Positions 53,957 to 63,710 of a DNA stretch of 64,000 nt are shown one piece after another; position 1 is the first letter of the stretch, and each line of letters begins with the position of its first letter. A model generated the notes under the pieces. That model was not told the origin of the DNA. It searched no databases and worked only from the letters and a program-made list of their open reading frames with translations. The position numbers were made by a program, and so were the translations under genes. This stretch comes from Cyanobacteriota bacterium (GTDB lineage: Bacteria; Cyanobacteriota; Cyanobacteriia; PCC-6307; Cyanobiaceae): the NCBI GenBank assembly GCA_046052125.1, contig JBJOMY010000002.1, positions 192,001 through 256,000 of the forward strand, written 5' to 3'.

Positions 53957-54379
53957 ATGCTCCGTTCAGCTCTCACAGGGGTGATGCCGGCCCTGATGCT
54001 GACGGCGGCAAGCCTGAGCTTCGGCCCGGCGGCCCACGCCGCCACGGAGCCCTCGGGGCCAGCGGCCAAGGGCGCACAGGTGTACTGCTTCATGCGCAAC
54101 TCCGGCAACAACCACGAGGTGAGCTGGCTGGCGGCCTATGCGCTGATCAAACGCCAGAGCGCCAGCCTGTTCAAAACCTCACCAGAACACGCGGCGGTGA
54201 TGATCACCGAAGCTGTGGTTCAGAACCCGGGCACCTTCCCCGACTGCGGCAAATATCTGGGTGATCTCTATGCAAATGCGGTTCAGGAGCAGCAGAAACA
54301 GAAGGAGCAAAGCGAAGCTGCCGCTGCCACAAAGAGCACTGAAGGGGGAGCGACTCGCACTGAGCGCTACGCCTACTAA
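53957..54379 (+). CDS. DUF6554-like exported protein
   Basis: Signal peptide ending AHA; GAQVYCFMR..HEVSW..FPDCG. Confidence 0.75.
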   Translation: MLRSALTGVMPALMLTAASLSFGPAAHAATEPSGPAAKGAQVYCFMRNSGNNHEVSWLAAYALIKRQSASLFKTSPEHAAVMITEAVVQNPGTFPDCGKYLGDLYANAVQEQQKQKEQSEAAAATKSTEGGATRTERYAY

Positions 54380-54788
54380 GGCCGCGGCCCTGGGTTCGGC
54401 AGCAGCCCTGGCCCTCACGTTGTTGGCGGGCTGCGTCAGCACCCCTGCCGATCCCACCACCAGCCTGCCCGGGCTGGGCGACTGCCTGAACCGCGTGGAG
54501 ATGAAGAAGCTGCGGCGCGCGTTGGCCCGCTGCAACGAGGTGGTGGACGCCCATCCGCTCCAGCCGCAACCCCGCAATGAACGGGCGTTGCTCCACAGCC
54601 TGGCGGGCGACAACAAGGCCGCCTGCAGCGACAGCCGCGCCGCCTCGGAGCTGCTCAAGCGATTGCCGAAGACCCCTGCTCCCGACCCACTGCTGGTGGA
54701 GGAGATTCAGCTGCGGGCCAAGAGCTGCCAAGCGCTCACCACTGCTCCAGCAACTGCTTCACCAAAGCCGGCAGAGCGCGGCGCCTGA
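54360..54788 (+). CDS. Hypothetical Cys-rich TPR-like lipoprotein (start uncertain)
   Basis: Lipobox LLAGC; PRNERALLHSLAGD..AACSD; start codon not obvious. Confidence 0.55.
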   Translation: MSATPTKAAALGSAAALALTLLAGCVSTPADPTTSLPGLGDCLNRVEMKKLRRALARCNEVVDAHPLQPQPRNERALLHSLAGDNKAACSDSRAASELLKRLPKTPAPDPLLVEEIQLRAKSCQALTTAPATASPKPAERGA

Positions 54789-56289
54789 GCAACAGCTCGA
54801 TGCGCTCAGCCTTGCTGGCGATCAAGTCATCCACCATCTGATCGGCCACCCCCAGCTGCAGCCAATGGCAGTGCAGGCTGCCCTGCATCCCGATGCGGTG
54901 GCAGCGATCCTCCGCCTGCTCGGCATCACCGGGGGTCCAGGGGCGCTCCAGCAACACCACGTGCCTGGCCCGGTGCAGCGTGAAGCCCAGGCCCCCCACA
55001 CCGAAGGTGCTCACCAACAGGGGTTCCGCGCCGGCCTGAAAGCCATCCACAATCCGCTGCCGTTCCGCCGCCGGCTGCCGGCCCGTGAGCAGGGCGCCGC
55101 CAAGACGCGCATGCAACAGCTGCGCTGCGGCCACAAACGCCGTGAACACCACCACCGCTTCCCCCTGTGCCAGCAAGCGCTGCACAAGCGCCGTGGCGGC
55201 GGGCAGTTTGTACTCGGCACTGATCTGGCGCAGGGCCGTAAACGCCGCCAGCACCTCGGCGTCACGCCGCACCAGGCCTGCCGCGGCCCGGCTGCGGTAA
55301 TCGTCCACCTTCAGCTGCAGCCGGTGCTGAAAACCCTGGCCCTCCGCATCGCTCAAGCTCACCGGCACCATCAGGCGCTGCTTGGGCGGGAGATCCAAAC
55401 AATCCTGTTTACGGCGGTGCAGCACCAGCGGCCGGGTGAGCCGTTGCAACTCTTCGAGATGGGTGGCCCCCATGGCCTGCCATTGGCGTTTGCCACCCCG
55501 TTCGAGCCAGTGCCCCTGGCAATAGCGCTCCTCAAACGCCCGCTGATCGGCCGCCAAGGGATGACCGATCGCTGCCAGCAAGGGGAACAGCTGCACGGGC
55601 CGGCCGTTCTTCATCGGCGTGCCCGTGAGCAGCCACACCGCCCGCAGCCGCGGATGACGGCTCAGGCGCAGGAAGGCCTGGGTGCGGCTGGCCTGCAGGT
55701 TCTGGGCGTAGTGGGCTTCATCGGCGATCAACACCGTGCCGGCCGGAGGCAGTTCCGCGGGAAGGCGGGCCCAACTCAGCAACTCCAACTGCAGCTGCAG
55801 GGCTGAAGCTTCCTGACGCCAGTGCTGATGCAGACCGGCGGGTGCCACCACCACAATCCGGCAATCGGCGGCGCGCACCATGGCCCGGGCCGCCGCCAAG
55901 GCGGTGAGGGTTTTGCCCAGACCCATGGCATCGGCCAGTACGGCCCCGCGGCGGGCCAGCAACCAGCGCGCCGCCGCCCGCTGATGGGCAAACAGGCTGC
56001 GGCCATCCGGAAGAGGCTGCTCGAGAGCGGCGAGCTCCACCAAGCGGCGATGGGGCGGCAGCGGCGGCAGGGGCTGCTCAAGCCAGGTGAACCACTGCTC
56101 CAGATCAGGGGCCACAGCAAAGCGATGGCCGAACTGCCGCCGCAACACCGCCGCCGCCTCGAGGGGGAATTGCCAGCAACCGCGCCGGCCGATCCAGTGC
56201 CCCCGCGGACGCACAGCCCGCAGCTGCGCCTGGGTGACCGCATCGAAGGGGAGCTGCAGCTCAATGCAACCGGAGGCCCCAAGACGCAT
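54736..56289 (-). CDS. SNF2-family helicase/translocase with an N-terminal HARP-like domain
   Basis: LFAHQ, LADAMGLGKT, DEAH, LTGTP, DLPPK and PWTPGDAEQAEDRCHRIG motifs; start is ATG 56289 or TTG 56325. Confidence 0.92.
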   Translation of the reverse strand: MRLGASGCIELQLPFDAVTQAQLRAVRPRGHWIGRRGCWQFPLEAAAVLRRQFGHRFAVAPDLEQWFTWLEQPLPPLPPHRRLVELAALEQPLPDGRSLFAHQRAAARWLLARRGAVLADAMGLGKTLTALAAARAMVRAADCRIVVVAPAGLHQHWRQEASALQLQLELLSWARLPAELPPAGTVLIADEAHYAQNLQASRTQAFLRLSRHPRLRAVWLLTGTPMKNGRPVQLFPLLAAIGHPLAADQRAFEERYCQGHWLERGGKRQWQAMGATHLEELQRLTRPLVLHRRKQDCLDLPPKQRLMVPVSLSDAEGQGFQHRLQLKVDDYRSRAAAGLVRRDAEVLAAFTALRQISAEYKLPAATALVQRLLAQGEAVVVFTAFVAAAQLLHARLGGALLTGRQPAAERQRIVDGFQAGAEPLLVSTFGVGGLGFTLHRARHVVLLERPWTPGDAEQAEDRCHRIGMQGSLHCHWLQLGVADQMVDDLIASKAERIELLLRRRALPALVKQLLEQW

Positions 56290-56346
56290 CAAACAGCGCT
56301 GCAGCGTTTGAGGGCGTGCGGGCAAGAGGCCAGGCGAGCGAAATTG

Positions 56347-56374
56347 ATTCTAACGACGCCTCAAGGCGAGGCAA
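56347..56374 (-). promoter_or_regulatory. Putative sigma70-type promoter of the SNF2 gene
   Basis: TTGCCT-16 nt-TAGAAT on the minus strand. Confidence 0.5.
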
Positions 56375-56413
56375 GCAAGGCGATCAAGTGCGAAAACTGC
56401 ATCGCTCGACACA

Positions 56414-56441
56414 TTGACATCCCAGCCACCGCAGGCAAACT
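56414..56441 (+). promoter_or_regulatory. Putative sigma70-type promoter of the HNH gene
   Basis: TTGACA-16 nt-CAAACT. Confidence 0.55.
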
Positions 56442-56462
56442 CACTGCAACCGAACCATGCGG

Positions 56463-56837
56463 ATGCACGCCAGGGATGCGGTGTTCCTTGAGGATCTGTG
56501 CCCCAAACTTCGTGTTCGTCGCTGGAGACAATCTCTCCATTCGTTTACTCACAAAACCTGCATTTACTGCGGGAAGCCATCTGAATCCATCGACCATGTA
56601 CTGCCCCAGAGCCGTGGCGGGCTGAGCACCACCGAAAATTGCGTACCGGCCTGCCTGGCCTGCAACGGCCGCAAGAGCGACGCCGACGCCTTCGAGTGGT
56701 ATCGGCGCCAGCGCTTTTATGACCCCCGCCGGGCGATGGCGATCCGGGCTTGGACCGATGGCGACCTGCGCCTGGCGATGCGCCTGTTGCAGTGGGCCAG
56801 CCCCCAGCGAGCGCCCCTGGGCCTGCAGGCGGCGTGA
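56463..56837 (+). CDS. HNH endonuclease (zinc-finger type)
   Basis: CIYC..IDHVLPQSRGG...NCVPACLACNGRK. Confidence 0.92.
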   Translation: MHARDAVFLEDLCPKLRVRRWRQSLHSFTHKTCIYCGKPSESIDHVLPQSRGGLSTTENCVPACLACNGRKSDADAFEWYRRQRFYDPRRAMAIRAWTDGDLRLAMRLLQWASPQRAPLGLQAA

Positions 56838-56847
56838 TCCGCTGGCC

Positions 56848-57081
56848 TCACCAGATCCGGCAAGCCGCAGCACCGTTGTGTCGCTCGCAGATCTCCGCCT
56901 GGGCAGCGGGCTGCTCCGGAGCGAGCAGGGCAGCCCCGAGCACCAGCGCAACCACAGCTGGCCACACCAGCTGGCGGCGCTGAATCCTGGTGCGCACACC
57001 AGGCGCCGTTGCCAGCAGGGAGACAGGCCGCTGCAGGGCGCGACCAACAGTCAGGGGAGTAGAGAAACAGGACGCGGTCAT
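56848..57081 (-). CDS. Small hypothetical membrane/exported protein
   Basis: One TM helix (LVWPAVVALVLGAALLA), then PEQP..CERHNGAAACRIW. Confidence 0.65.
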   Translation of the reverse strand: MTASCFSTPLTVGRALQRPVSLLATAPGVRTRIQRRQLVWPAVVALVLGAALLAPEQPAAQAEICERHNGAAACRIW

Positions 57082-57098
57082 CGCCGAATCGAATCAGT

Positions 57099-57112
57099 GA
57101 TACAGGTGTACT
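57099..57112 (-). promoter_or_regulatory. LexA-box-like site
   Basis: AGTACACCTGTATC versus the cyanobacterial consensus AGTAC-N4-GTACT: one perfect half-site, one degenerate. Confidence 0.5.
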
Positions 57113-57113
57113 C

Positions 57114-58019
57114 ATGACCTCCCGTGCTGTCAACCCGGGGGCCAGGGTGCTGGTGGTGGGCGGCGGTTACAGCGGCGAGCGCTTCGCCCGAGCCGCAGCC
57201 GAACGCGGCGCAACGGTGTGGCTCACCCATCGCCGCGAAAGGGATCTCGGTGGCGAGCCCGCCGCCCCAAGCAGGCTCTCCTGGCTGCGCTTTGACGCAG
57301 ACGCCCAGGCGATCCCTGCGCTGCCAGAGCAGCTCAGCCATGTGCTGATCACCCTGCCCCCCCAGGCCGATGGGAGCGACGCAGCGCTCAACCACTTGCT
57401 GGAGCCCCTACGCCAGCAGCCGCTGCGCTGGCTCGGCTACCTCTCCACCACGGGGGTCTATGGCGACAGCCAGGGGGCCTGGGTGGATGAGCACTCCCCC
57501 ACCGAGCCGACCCTGCCCCGCAGTCAGGCGCGGCTGCGCTGCGAGCAACGCTGGCTCAGCAGCGGCCTGCCGGTGCAGAGCTTCCGGCTGCCCGCTATCT
57601 ACGGCCCGGGCCGCTGCCCGTTTGAGCAGCTGCGCAGCGGTGCGGCGCGGCTGGTGCACAAGCCCGGCCAGGTGTTCTGCCGGATCCATGTGGACGACAT
57701 CGTGGGGGCACTGCTGCACGCCAGCAACCAGCCCGAGGGCAAGCAGCCAGCGGTGATCAACGTGAGCGACGACACTCCCTGCCCCTCCAGCGAAACCCTG
57801 GGCTACGCCGCCCACCTCCTGGACTGCAAGCTGCCGGCCGTGCAGCGCTTCGAGGCCATCGCCCCTCAGATGAGCCCGATGGCCCTGAGTTTCTGGGCCG
57901 ACAACCGGCGCGTGAGCAACCAGCGCCTCTGCGGCGAGCTGGGTTACCAGCTCCGCTATCCCAGCTACCGGGAGGGCTTCGCCGCCAGCCTGGCGGAAGA
58001 GCAGCGAGCAAAGGCTTAG
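57114..58019 (+). CDS. NAD-dependent epimerase/dehydratase (atypical SDR)
   Basis: GGGYSG, YLSTTGVYGD, RLPAIYGPGR and RIHVDD motifs. Confidence 0.9.
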   Translation: MTSRAVNPGARVLVVGGGYSGERFARAAAERGATVWLTHRRERDLGGEPAAPSRLSWLRFDADAQAIPALPEQLSHVLITLPPQADGSDAALNHLLEPLRQQPLRWLGYLSTTGVYGDSQGAWVDEHSPTEPTLPRSQARLRCEQRWLSSGLPVQSFRLPAIYGPGRCPFEQLRSGAARLVHKPGQVFCRIHVDDIVGALLHASNQPEGKQPAVINVSDDTPCPSSETLGYAAHLLDCKLPAVQRFEAIAPQMSPMALSFWADNRRVSNQRLCGELGYQLRYPSYREGFAASLAEEQRAKA

Positions 58020-58174
58020 GTCTGCTGCCCCTGGGGTGCAGGATTCTCGGGATCCGGCACAAAGGGAACACCGACGTCGTGCAGGAGCCGCTGCCAGTGC
58101 AGCTCCACCCAGCCGCTCTCCACGCCCTTCACCAGGCCGAAGCCCATCAGCAGCAACAACACCCAGCGCAGCAT
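58016..58174 (-). CDS. Small hypothetical membrane protein (52 aa)
   Basis: [31 protein letters not shown]...; exactly fills the gap between the SDR gene and pdxA. Confidence 0.55.
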   Translation of the reverse strand: MLRWVLLLLMGFGLVKGVESGWVELHWQRLLHDVGVPFVPDPENPAPQGQQT

Positions 58175-59201
58175 GCTCAACCAAGCCAGCCCCACGCACG
58201 CTAGGCGGGCTCCCCTGGCCATTTCCCTGGGGGATCCGGCAGGCATCGGCGCGGAAGTGACGCTCAAGGCGCTGGCCCACTGGCCCGCCGATCAACCGGC
58301 GCCACGGCTGGTGGGCTGCCGCCGCTGGCTGGAGCGCAGCTACCAGCAGTTGCGGTCCTGCACGACCGAACCCCTCGCAGACCCGGCACACCTGGATGTG
58401 CTGGATCTGCCCCTGGAGCAAGCGCTCGAGCCATGCCAGGCCGGCGCCGCCAGCGGTGATGCCAGCTTCCACTGGCTGAGCGCTGCGGTGGCACAGGTGC
58501 AGAGTGGCCATTGCAAGGCCCTGGTCACCGCGCCGATCGCCAAACACGCCTGGCACGCAGCCGGCCACCGATACCCGGGCCAAACGGAACGGCTGGCTGA
58601 ACTGGCCGGGGTTGCGGAAGCCTCGATGCTGTTCACGGCCCGCTCCCTGAGCAGCGGCTGGCGCCTCAACACCCTGCTGGCCACCACCCACATCCCACTG
58701 GGGGAGGTTCCCTCACGGCTGGATGCCTCACGCATCAACCGCAAGCTCGATGTGTTGCTGGCCTTCTGTGAGCGGTTCACGGCCCAGCCACGGCTGACGG
58801 TGGCAGGACTCAATCCCCACGCCGGTGAAGGCGGGCAGCTGGGACGCGAGGAACAGGATTGGCTGATCCCTGCCCTGGAGCGCTGGCGGCAGGAGCACCC
58901 TGGCGTAACGCTGGACGGCCCGCTGCCACCGGACACCTGCTGGCTGGAGGCCGGCCGGGCCTGGCAGGGGCTCAGCGAAGAGGCCAACAACGCAGCCCAC
59001 GGCTACCTGGCGCTGTATCACGACCAGGGACTGATTCCGGTGAAGCTGCTGGCCTTTGACCAGGCAGTGAACACCAGCCTGGGGCTGCCGTTTCTACGCA
59101 CCTCTCCGGATCACGGCACGGGGTTCGGGATCGCCGGGCGAGGCATCGCCCGGGCCGACAGCATGCGCGCCGCCCTGGAGACGGCGCTGGAGCTGGGTTA
59201 G
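58173..59201 (+). CDS. pdxA: 4-hydroxythreonine-4-phosphate dehydrogenase
   Basis: [28 protein letters not shown] and RTSPDHGT motifs. Confidence 0.96.
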   Translation: MLNQASPTHARRAPLAISLGDPAGIGAEVTLKALAHWPADQPAPRLVGCRRWLERSYQQLRSCTTEPLADPAHLDVLDLPLEQALEPCQAGAASGDASFHWLSAAVAQVQSGHCKALVTAPIAKHAWHAAGHRYPGQTERLAELAGVAEASMLFTARSLSSGWRLNTLLATTHIPLGEVPSRLDASRINRKLDVLLAFCERFTAQPRLTVAGLNPHAGEGGQLGREEQDWLIPALERWRQEHPGVTLDGPLPPDTCWLEAGRAWQGLSEEANNAAHGYLALYHDQGLIPVKLLAFDQAVNTSLGLPFLRTSPDHGTGFGIAGRGIARADSMRAALETALELG

Positions 59202-59668
59202 GGCTTGACCCGCATCAACACCTGGCCGAATTCCACGGGGGTGCCGTTCTCCACCAGGATCTCCACCACCTCGCCGCTCACCTCCGACTCGAGCTCATTC
59301 ATGAGCTTCATCGCCTCGAGGATGCAGACGGTCTGGCCCACATTGATGCGGGCACCGAGCTCAACGAACGGCGGATCGCCAGGCGAGGGTGCGCGATAGA
59401 AGGTGGCCACCATCGGTGCGGTGATCTCCACCAGATCACCACGCACGGCCGGAGCAGCCGGCGGAGCGGCCGATGGAGCAGCGGCTGCAGCGGCAGCCAC
59501 CGGGGCCATGGCGGCCGGGGCCGCCTGCATCACCACCTGGGGCTGACTGGCCGGAAGATTGCGGCGCAGCTCAAGGCGGAAGTCGTCGCCTTCGAGCTTG
59601 AGCTCCTGGATATCGCTGTCGCCCAGAAGGGCGATCAGCTCACGCAGTTGGCTGTGATCGAGTTGCAT
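59198..59668 (-). CDS. accB: Biotin carboxyl carrier protein of acetyl-CoA carboxylase
   Basis: EAMKLMNE biotinylation motif; Ala/Pro-rich linker. Confidence 0.98.
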   Translation of the reverse strand: MQLDHSQLRELIALLGDSDIQELKLEGDDFRLELRRNLPASQPQVVMQAAPAAMAPVAAAAAAAPSAAPPAAPAVRGDLVEITAPMVATFYRAPSPGDPPFVELGARINVGQTVCILEAMKLMNELESEVSGEVVEILVENGTPVEFGQVLMRVKP

Positions 59669-59673
59669 GGCGA

Positions 59674-60234
59674 TCAGTTCTCGCGGCCGAGGTAGCTATC
59701 GGTGCGGGTATCGATCTTGATCTTCTCGCCCACAGACAGGAACAGGGGCACCATCACCTGGGCACCGGTTTCCACGATCGCCGGCTTGGTGCCGCCAGTG
59801 GCGGTGTCGCCCTTCACGCCGGGGTCGGTTTCAGTGATTTCCAGCACCACGGAGTTGGGCAGTTCCACTTCCAGGGGCTTGCCGTTCCAGTAGACGACAT
59901 TCACCTCCATGCCTTCCTTGAGGTACTTGCGCTGATCGCCGATCTGCTTGGCGGTCAGGCGGGTCTCCTCGTAGGAGGACATATCCATAAAGATGTAGTC
60001 CTCACCTTCCATATAGGTGTGCTGGAGCACGGCCTTCTCCAGCTGCGCCTGGGGCACAGTTTCACCGGCGCGGAAGGTTTTCTCCACCACGTTGCCGCTC
60101 TGCACCGCCTTGAGCTTGGTGCGCACGAAAGCCGAGCCTTTGCCGGGCTTCACGTGCAGGAACTCAACAACGCGCCAGACCTGGCCATCGATCTCAATCG
60201 TTGTGCCGGTTCGAAAGTCGTTGCTCGAGATCAT
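59674..60234 (-). CDS. efp: Elongation factor P
   Basis: [20 protein letters not shown] and PGVKGDT motifs. Confidence 0.98.
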   Translation of the reverse strand: MISSNDFRTGTTIEIDGQVWRVVEFLHVKPGKGSAFVRTKLKAVQSGNVVEKTFRAGETVPQAQLEKAVLQHTYMEGEDYIFMDMSSYEETRLTAKQIGDQRKYLKEGMEVNVVYWNGKPLEVELPNSVVLEITETDPGVKGDTATGGTKPAIVETGAQVMVPLFLSVGEKIKIDTRTDSYLGREN

Positions 60235-60301
60235 TCCGGCAGAACGGTTCAGGCGGGATTGTACGGCTGTGGCAGAGTCCCGGCAGAGACAAGGCTGCAG
60301 C

Positions 60302-61375
60302 ATGGATCTCAAGCGCTGGCTCCTGGCCGCTCTGGTGGTGCTTGCCCTGATCTGCCCGATCGGAGCCGCCCCGGCCCACGCCGCCCTGCCGCCGGGCAAT
60401 GCCGTGAAGGACCCCACGGCGATCCTGCGCAATGCCCTGCCGATCGATCAGCCCGATCTGCAGGAACTGCAGCACCGGCTCGAGAGCACCAGCGATGACC
60501 TTCGGGCCAAACGCTGGAGCGCCCTCACCACCACGGCACGCCGCAGCCAGACCCTGCTCAGCAGCCGCCGTCAGGCCATCCTCGACAGCCTCCCCGCCAA
60601 CGATCAGGCCCAGGCCAGCCTCGTGCTGGATCAACTGGACGCCCAGGTGCAGGCGGTGGCCGCCGCCACAGAGGTGAGTGATCGCGACGCGTTCCTCGAT
60701 GCCCGCCGCGCCGCCCTCAGCAGCATCGGCCAATTGGAAGCGCTGCTCGTGGGCGACTTCCCCTTTGAGATCCCGGCCGAATTCGCCGATCTACCCCGCC
60801 TGCTCGGCCGGGCCACCGTGGAGATCGAAACCACCCAGGGCAAGCTCACCGCCGTGGTGGATGGCTACAACGCACCGATCACTGCCGGCGCCTTCGTGGA
60901 TCTGGTGCAGAAAGGCTTCTACGACGGCCTGCCCTTCACCCGCGCCGAAGACTTCTACGTGCTGCAGACGGGCGATCCGAAGGGTCCGGAAACCGGCTAC
61001 ATCGATCCGAAGACCAAGAGCGAGCGCACCGTCCCCCTGGAAATCATGGTTCCGGGTGAAGAGGCGCCCTTCTACAACGCCACCTTCGAGGATCTGGGCC
61101 TGTTCACCGCCCAGCCGGTGCTGCCCTTCGCCACCCTCGGCACCCTGGGCTGGGCCCACTCCGATGAAGCCTTGAACGACGGCTCCTCGCAGTTCTTCTT
61201 CTTCCTCTATGAGGCGGAGCTCACCCCCGCCGGCCTCAACCTGGTGGATGGCCGCTACAGCGCTTTCGGCTATGTGGTGGATGGCTTTGACGTGCTTGAG
61301 GAGCTGGGGATCAGCGACGGCATCGTGAAGGCGCGGGTGATCGAGGGTGCCGACAACCTCAAGCCCCACGCCTGA
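60302..61375 (+). CDS. Cyclophilin-type PPIase (TLP40/CYP38-like, thylakoid lumen)
   Basis: Signal peptide AHA-ALP, helical bundle, [25 protein letters not shown] and SSQFF motifs. Confidence 0.9.
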   Translation: MDLKRWLLAALVVLALICPIGAAPAHAALPPGNAVKDPTAILRNALPIDQPDLQELQHRLESTSDDLRAKRWSALTTTARRSQTLLSSRRQAILDSLPANDQAQASLVLDQLDAQVQAVAAATEVSDRDAFLDARRAALSSIGQLEALLVGDFPFEIPAEFADLPRLLGRATVEIETTQGKLTAVVDGYNAPITAGAFVDLVQKGFYDGLPFTRAEDFYVLQTGDPKGPETGYIDPKTKSERTVPLEIMVPGEEAPFYNATFEDLGLFTAQPVLPFATLGTLGWAHSDEALNDGSSQFFFFLYEAELTPAGLNLVDGRYSAFGYVVDGFDVLEELGISDGIVKARVIEGADNLKPHA

Positions 61376-61380
61376 GTGCC

Positions 61381-62376
61381 GTGCTGCTGAGCGATCTGGG
61401 GGAGTGGGAGCTGCTGAGGCGCCTCGCCGCCTTTGCTCCACCCGGCCAGTTCGCGGATGATGCGGCGCTGCTGAGCGAAACCAGCGGCCAGCAGTTGGTG
61501 GTGAACACCGATGTGCTGGTGGAGGGGGTGCACTTCAGCGACGCCACGATCCCAGCCAGAGCCCTGGGCTGGCGAGCCGCAACCGCCAACCTCTCCGACC
61601 TGGCCGCGATGGGGTGCACCTCTGTGGCGGGGATCACCGTGGCCCTGGTGGCCCCCGGCCACACGCCCTGGCCATGGGTGGAAGGGGTGTATCAGGGCTT
61701 GCAGGAGGCACTGCAGCAGTACGGCGGAGTGCTCCTGGGGGGCGACTGCAGCAGCGGCAGCCAACGCCTGCTCTCGATCACGGCCCTCGGGCATCTGGGG
61801 CCAGGAGGAGGGGCGATCCGGCGCAGCGATGGCCGTCCGGGCGACTGGCTGGTGTGCACCGGCCCCCATGGGCTGAGCCGGCTCGGCCTGGCCCTGCTGC
61901 TGGAGGAGCTCCAGCCCAGCCAGCGCAGCCAGCTGAGCACGGGGCTCGAGCAACGGGCGATCGCAGCCCACCAGCGGCCGCTGCCGCGGCTGGATGCGGT
62001 CGCCGCCATCACCACCAGCCAACCCGCAGGCCTCCCCTGGCGCGTGGGCGGCACCGACAGCAGCGATGGGCTGGCGGCAGCGGTGGCCGCCATTGGCGCT
62101 GCCAGCGGCTGCGGTGCGGTGCTTGAGCGAGCAGCCCTGCCGCTGGATCCGGAGCTGGCCGAGCTGGAGCAGGGGGAGCACTGGTGCCTGAGCGGCGGCG
62201 AAGACTTTGAGCTGATCCTGGCGCTGGAACCCGCCTGGGCTGAAGCGCTGCTGCAGGCCTTGCCTGGCTCCACCCGCATCGGAATGCTGGTGAACGCCGA
62301 AGCAGGTGCTCTGCGCTGGCAGGAGAACGACCAGCCCCTTCCAACGGGCAGCACTGGCTTCTGCCATTTCCACTGA
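61381..62376 (+). CDS. thiL: Thiamine-monophosphate kinase
   Basis: GEWELL, DDAA, VEGVHF, NLSDLAAMG, DSSDGL and GGEDFEL motifs. Confidence 0.96.
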   Translation: MLLSDLGEWELLRRLAAFAPPGQFADDAALLSETSGQQLVVNTDVLVEGVHFSDATIPARALGWRAATANLSDLAAMGCTSVAGITVALVAPGHTPWPWVEGVYQGLQEALQQYGGVLLGGDCSSGSQRLLSITALGHLGPGGGAIRRSDGRPGDWLVCTGPHGLSRLGLALLLEELQPSQRSQLSTGLEQRAIAAHQRPLPRLDAVAAITTSQPAGLPWRVGGTDSSDGLAAAVAAIGAASGCGAVLERAALPLDPELAELEQGEHWCLSGGEDFELILALEPAWAEALLQALPGSTRIGMLVNAEAGALRWQENDQPLPTGSTGFCHFH

Positions 62377-62414
62377 GCGCCACCACCACCTGAGCCCAGC
62401 GCGGCAGCACTCAT

Positions 62415-62441
62415 AAAAAAACCGCCCCCCGGAGGGAGCGG
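62415..62441 (-). terminator. Intrinsic terminator of gap2
   Basis: Minus strand CCGCTCCC-TCCG-GGGGGCGG followed by T7. Confidence 0.85.
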
Positions 62442-62484
62442 CTGATGGGGATTTAGATCGAAACCGGCTGAAGCCGGTGAGCGA

Positions 62485-63507
62485 TCACTTCCAGTTCTTG
62501 GCCACGATCTCGGCCAGGTCGACCACGCGCTGGCTGTAGCCCCACTCGTTGTCGTACCAGCAGACGATCTTCACCATGTTGCCGCCCATCACCAGGGTGA
62601 GATCGGCGTCAACGATGGTGCTCTCATCGGTGCCGGCGTGGTCGCTCGACACCAGGGGCAGATCGCAGTACTTGATGATCCCCTTCATGCCGTTCTCGGA
62701 AGCGGCCTTGAGCACGGCATTCACTTCCTCAGCGCTGGTGTCGCGGCCGGTCTCGAACACCATGTCGCACACCGACACGTTGGGGGTGGGGACGCGCAGG
62801 GCGATGCCGCTCAGCTTGCCCTTCACTTCGGGGTACACCAGGGCCACGGCCTTGGCAGCACCGGTGCTGGTGGGAACGATGTTCACGGCTGCAGCGCGGG
62901 CGCGGCGCAGGTCGCGGTGGGCGGCATCGAGGATGCGCTGGTCACCCGTGTAGCTGTGGGTGGTGGTCATCGTGCCCTTCACGATGCCGAAGGCCTGGTC
63001 GATCGTTTTCACGATCGGCGCCATGCAGTTGGTGGTGCAGCTGGCGTTGGACAGGATGTCCCAGTCTTCGTGGCGGTACTGATCGGCGTTCACGCCCACA
63101 ACGAAGGTGCCCACCTTGGCACCCTTACCGGGGGCGGTGAGGATCACTTTCTTGGCTCCGGCCTCGAAGTGCTTGCTGGCGCCCACGTCATCGTTGAACA
63201 CGCCGGTGGACTCGATCACCAGATCCACGCCCCACTCCTTCCAGGGGAGGTTGGCGGGGTTGCGGTCGTAGAAGGTTTTGATCGTTTTGCCGTTGACGAC
63301 GATGGTGTCGTCGGTGGTGGTCACCTCTGCGTTGCGCAGGGGGCCAAGCATCGAGTCGTACTTGAGCAGGTGAGCGTTGGTGTAGGTGTCACCGGAACCG
63401 TTGATGCCCACCAACTCGATGCCGGTGTTGGCTCCACGGCTGAGCCAGCAACGCATGAAGTTGCGACCGATACGGCCGAATCCATTGATCGCAACCTTGA
63501 TTGTCAT
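62485..63507 (-). CDS. gap2: NAD(P)-dependent glyceraldehyde-3-phosphate dehydrogenase
   Basis: [18 protein letters not shown] and [11 protein letters not shown] motifs; cyanobacterial Gap2-type sequence. Confidence 0.95.
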   Translation of the reverse strand: MTIKVAINGFGRIGRNFMRCWLSRGANTGIELVGINGSGDTYTNAHLLKYDSMLGPLRNAEVTTTDDTIVVNGKTIKTFYDRNPANLPWKEWGVDLVIESTGVFNDDVGASKHFEAGAKKVILTAPGKGAKVGTFVVGVNADQYRHEDWDILSNASCTTNCMAPIVKTIDQAFGIVKGTMTTTHSYTGDQRILDAAHRDLRRARAAAVNIVPTSTGAAKAVALVYPEVKGKLSGIALRVPTPNVSVCDMVFETGRDTSAEEVNAVLKAASENGMKGIIKYCDLPLVSSDHAGTDESTIVDADLTLVMGGNMVKIVCWYDNEWGYSQRVVDLAEIVAKNWK

Positions 63508-63710
63508 GGCGTTGCGCGGGGAAGCCCGCTAGCAAGGGGGATTTGGCCGCCGATCATACAGAGATCAAAGTGATGTCCCCATCTGGGGACAAGGGCCTCC
63601 GGCGGGGCCTGAACACCCGGAAGAACCTCTCAAAACCCTCTCAAACAGACCGATCCGGGCAGACAAGGGGGGCTTCCCGGCTTACCGTCAGCCCAGGCTT
63701 GGACACGCCC

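Noticed and set aside
56463..56837. HNH gene as a homing endonuclease, IscB/Cas9 relative or restriction-modification component
   Set aside because: No intron, RuvC domain, repeat array, transposon ends or methyltransferase nearby
52394..57100. tRNA-Gly as the attachment site of a genomic island or prophage
   Set aside because: No integrase or phage gene, no duplicated tRNA 3' end seen, and downstream genes have host-like composition
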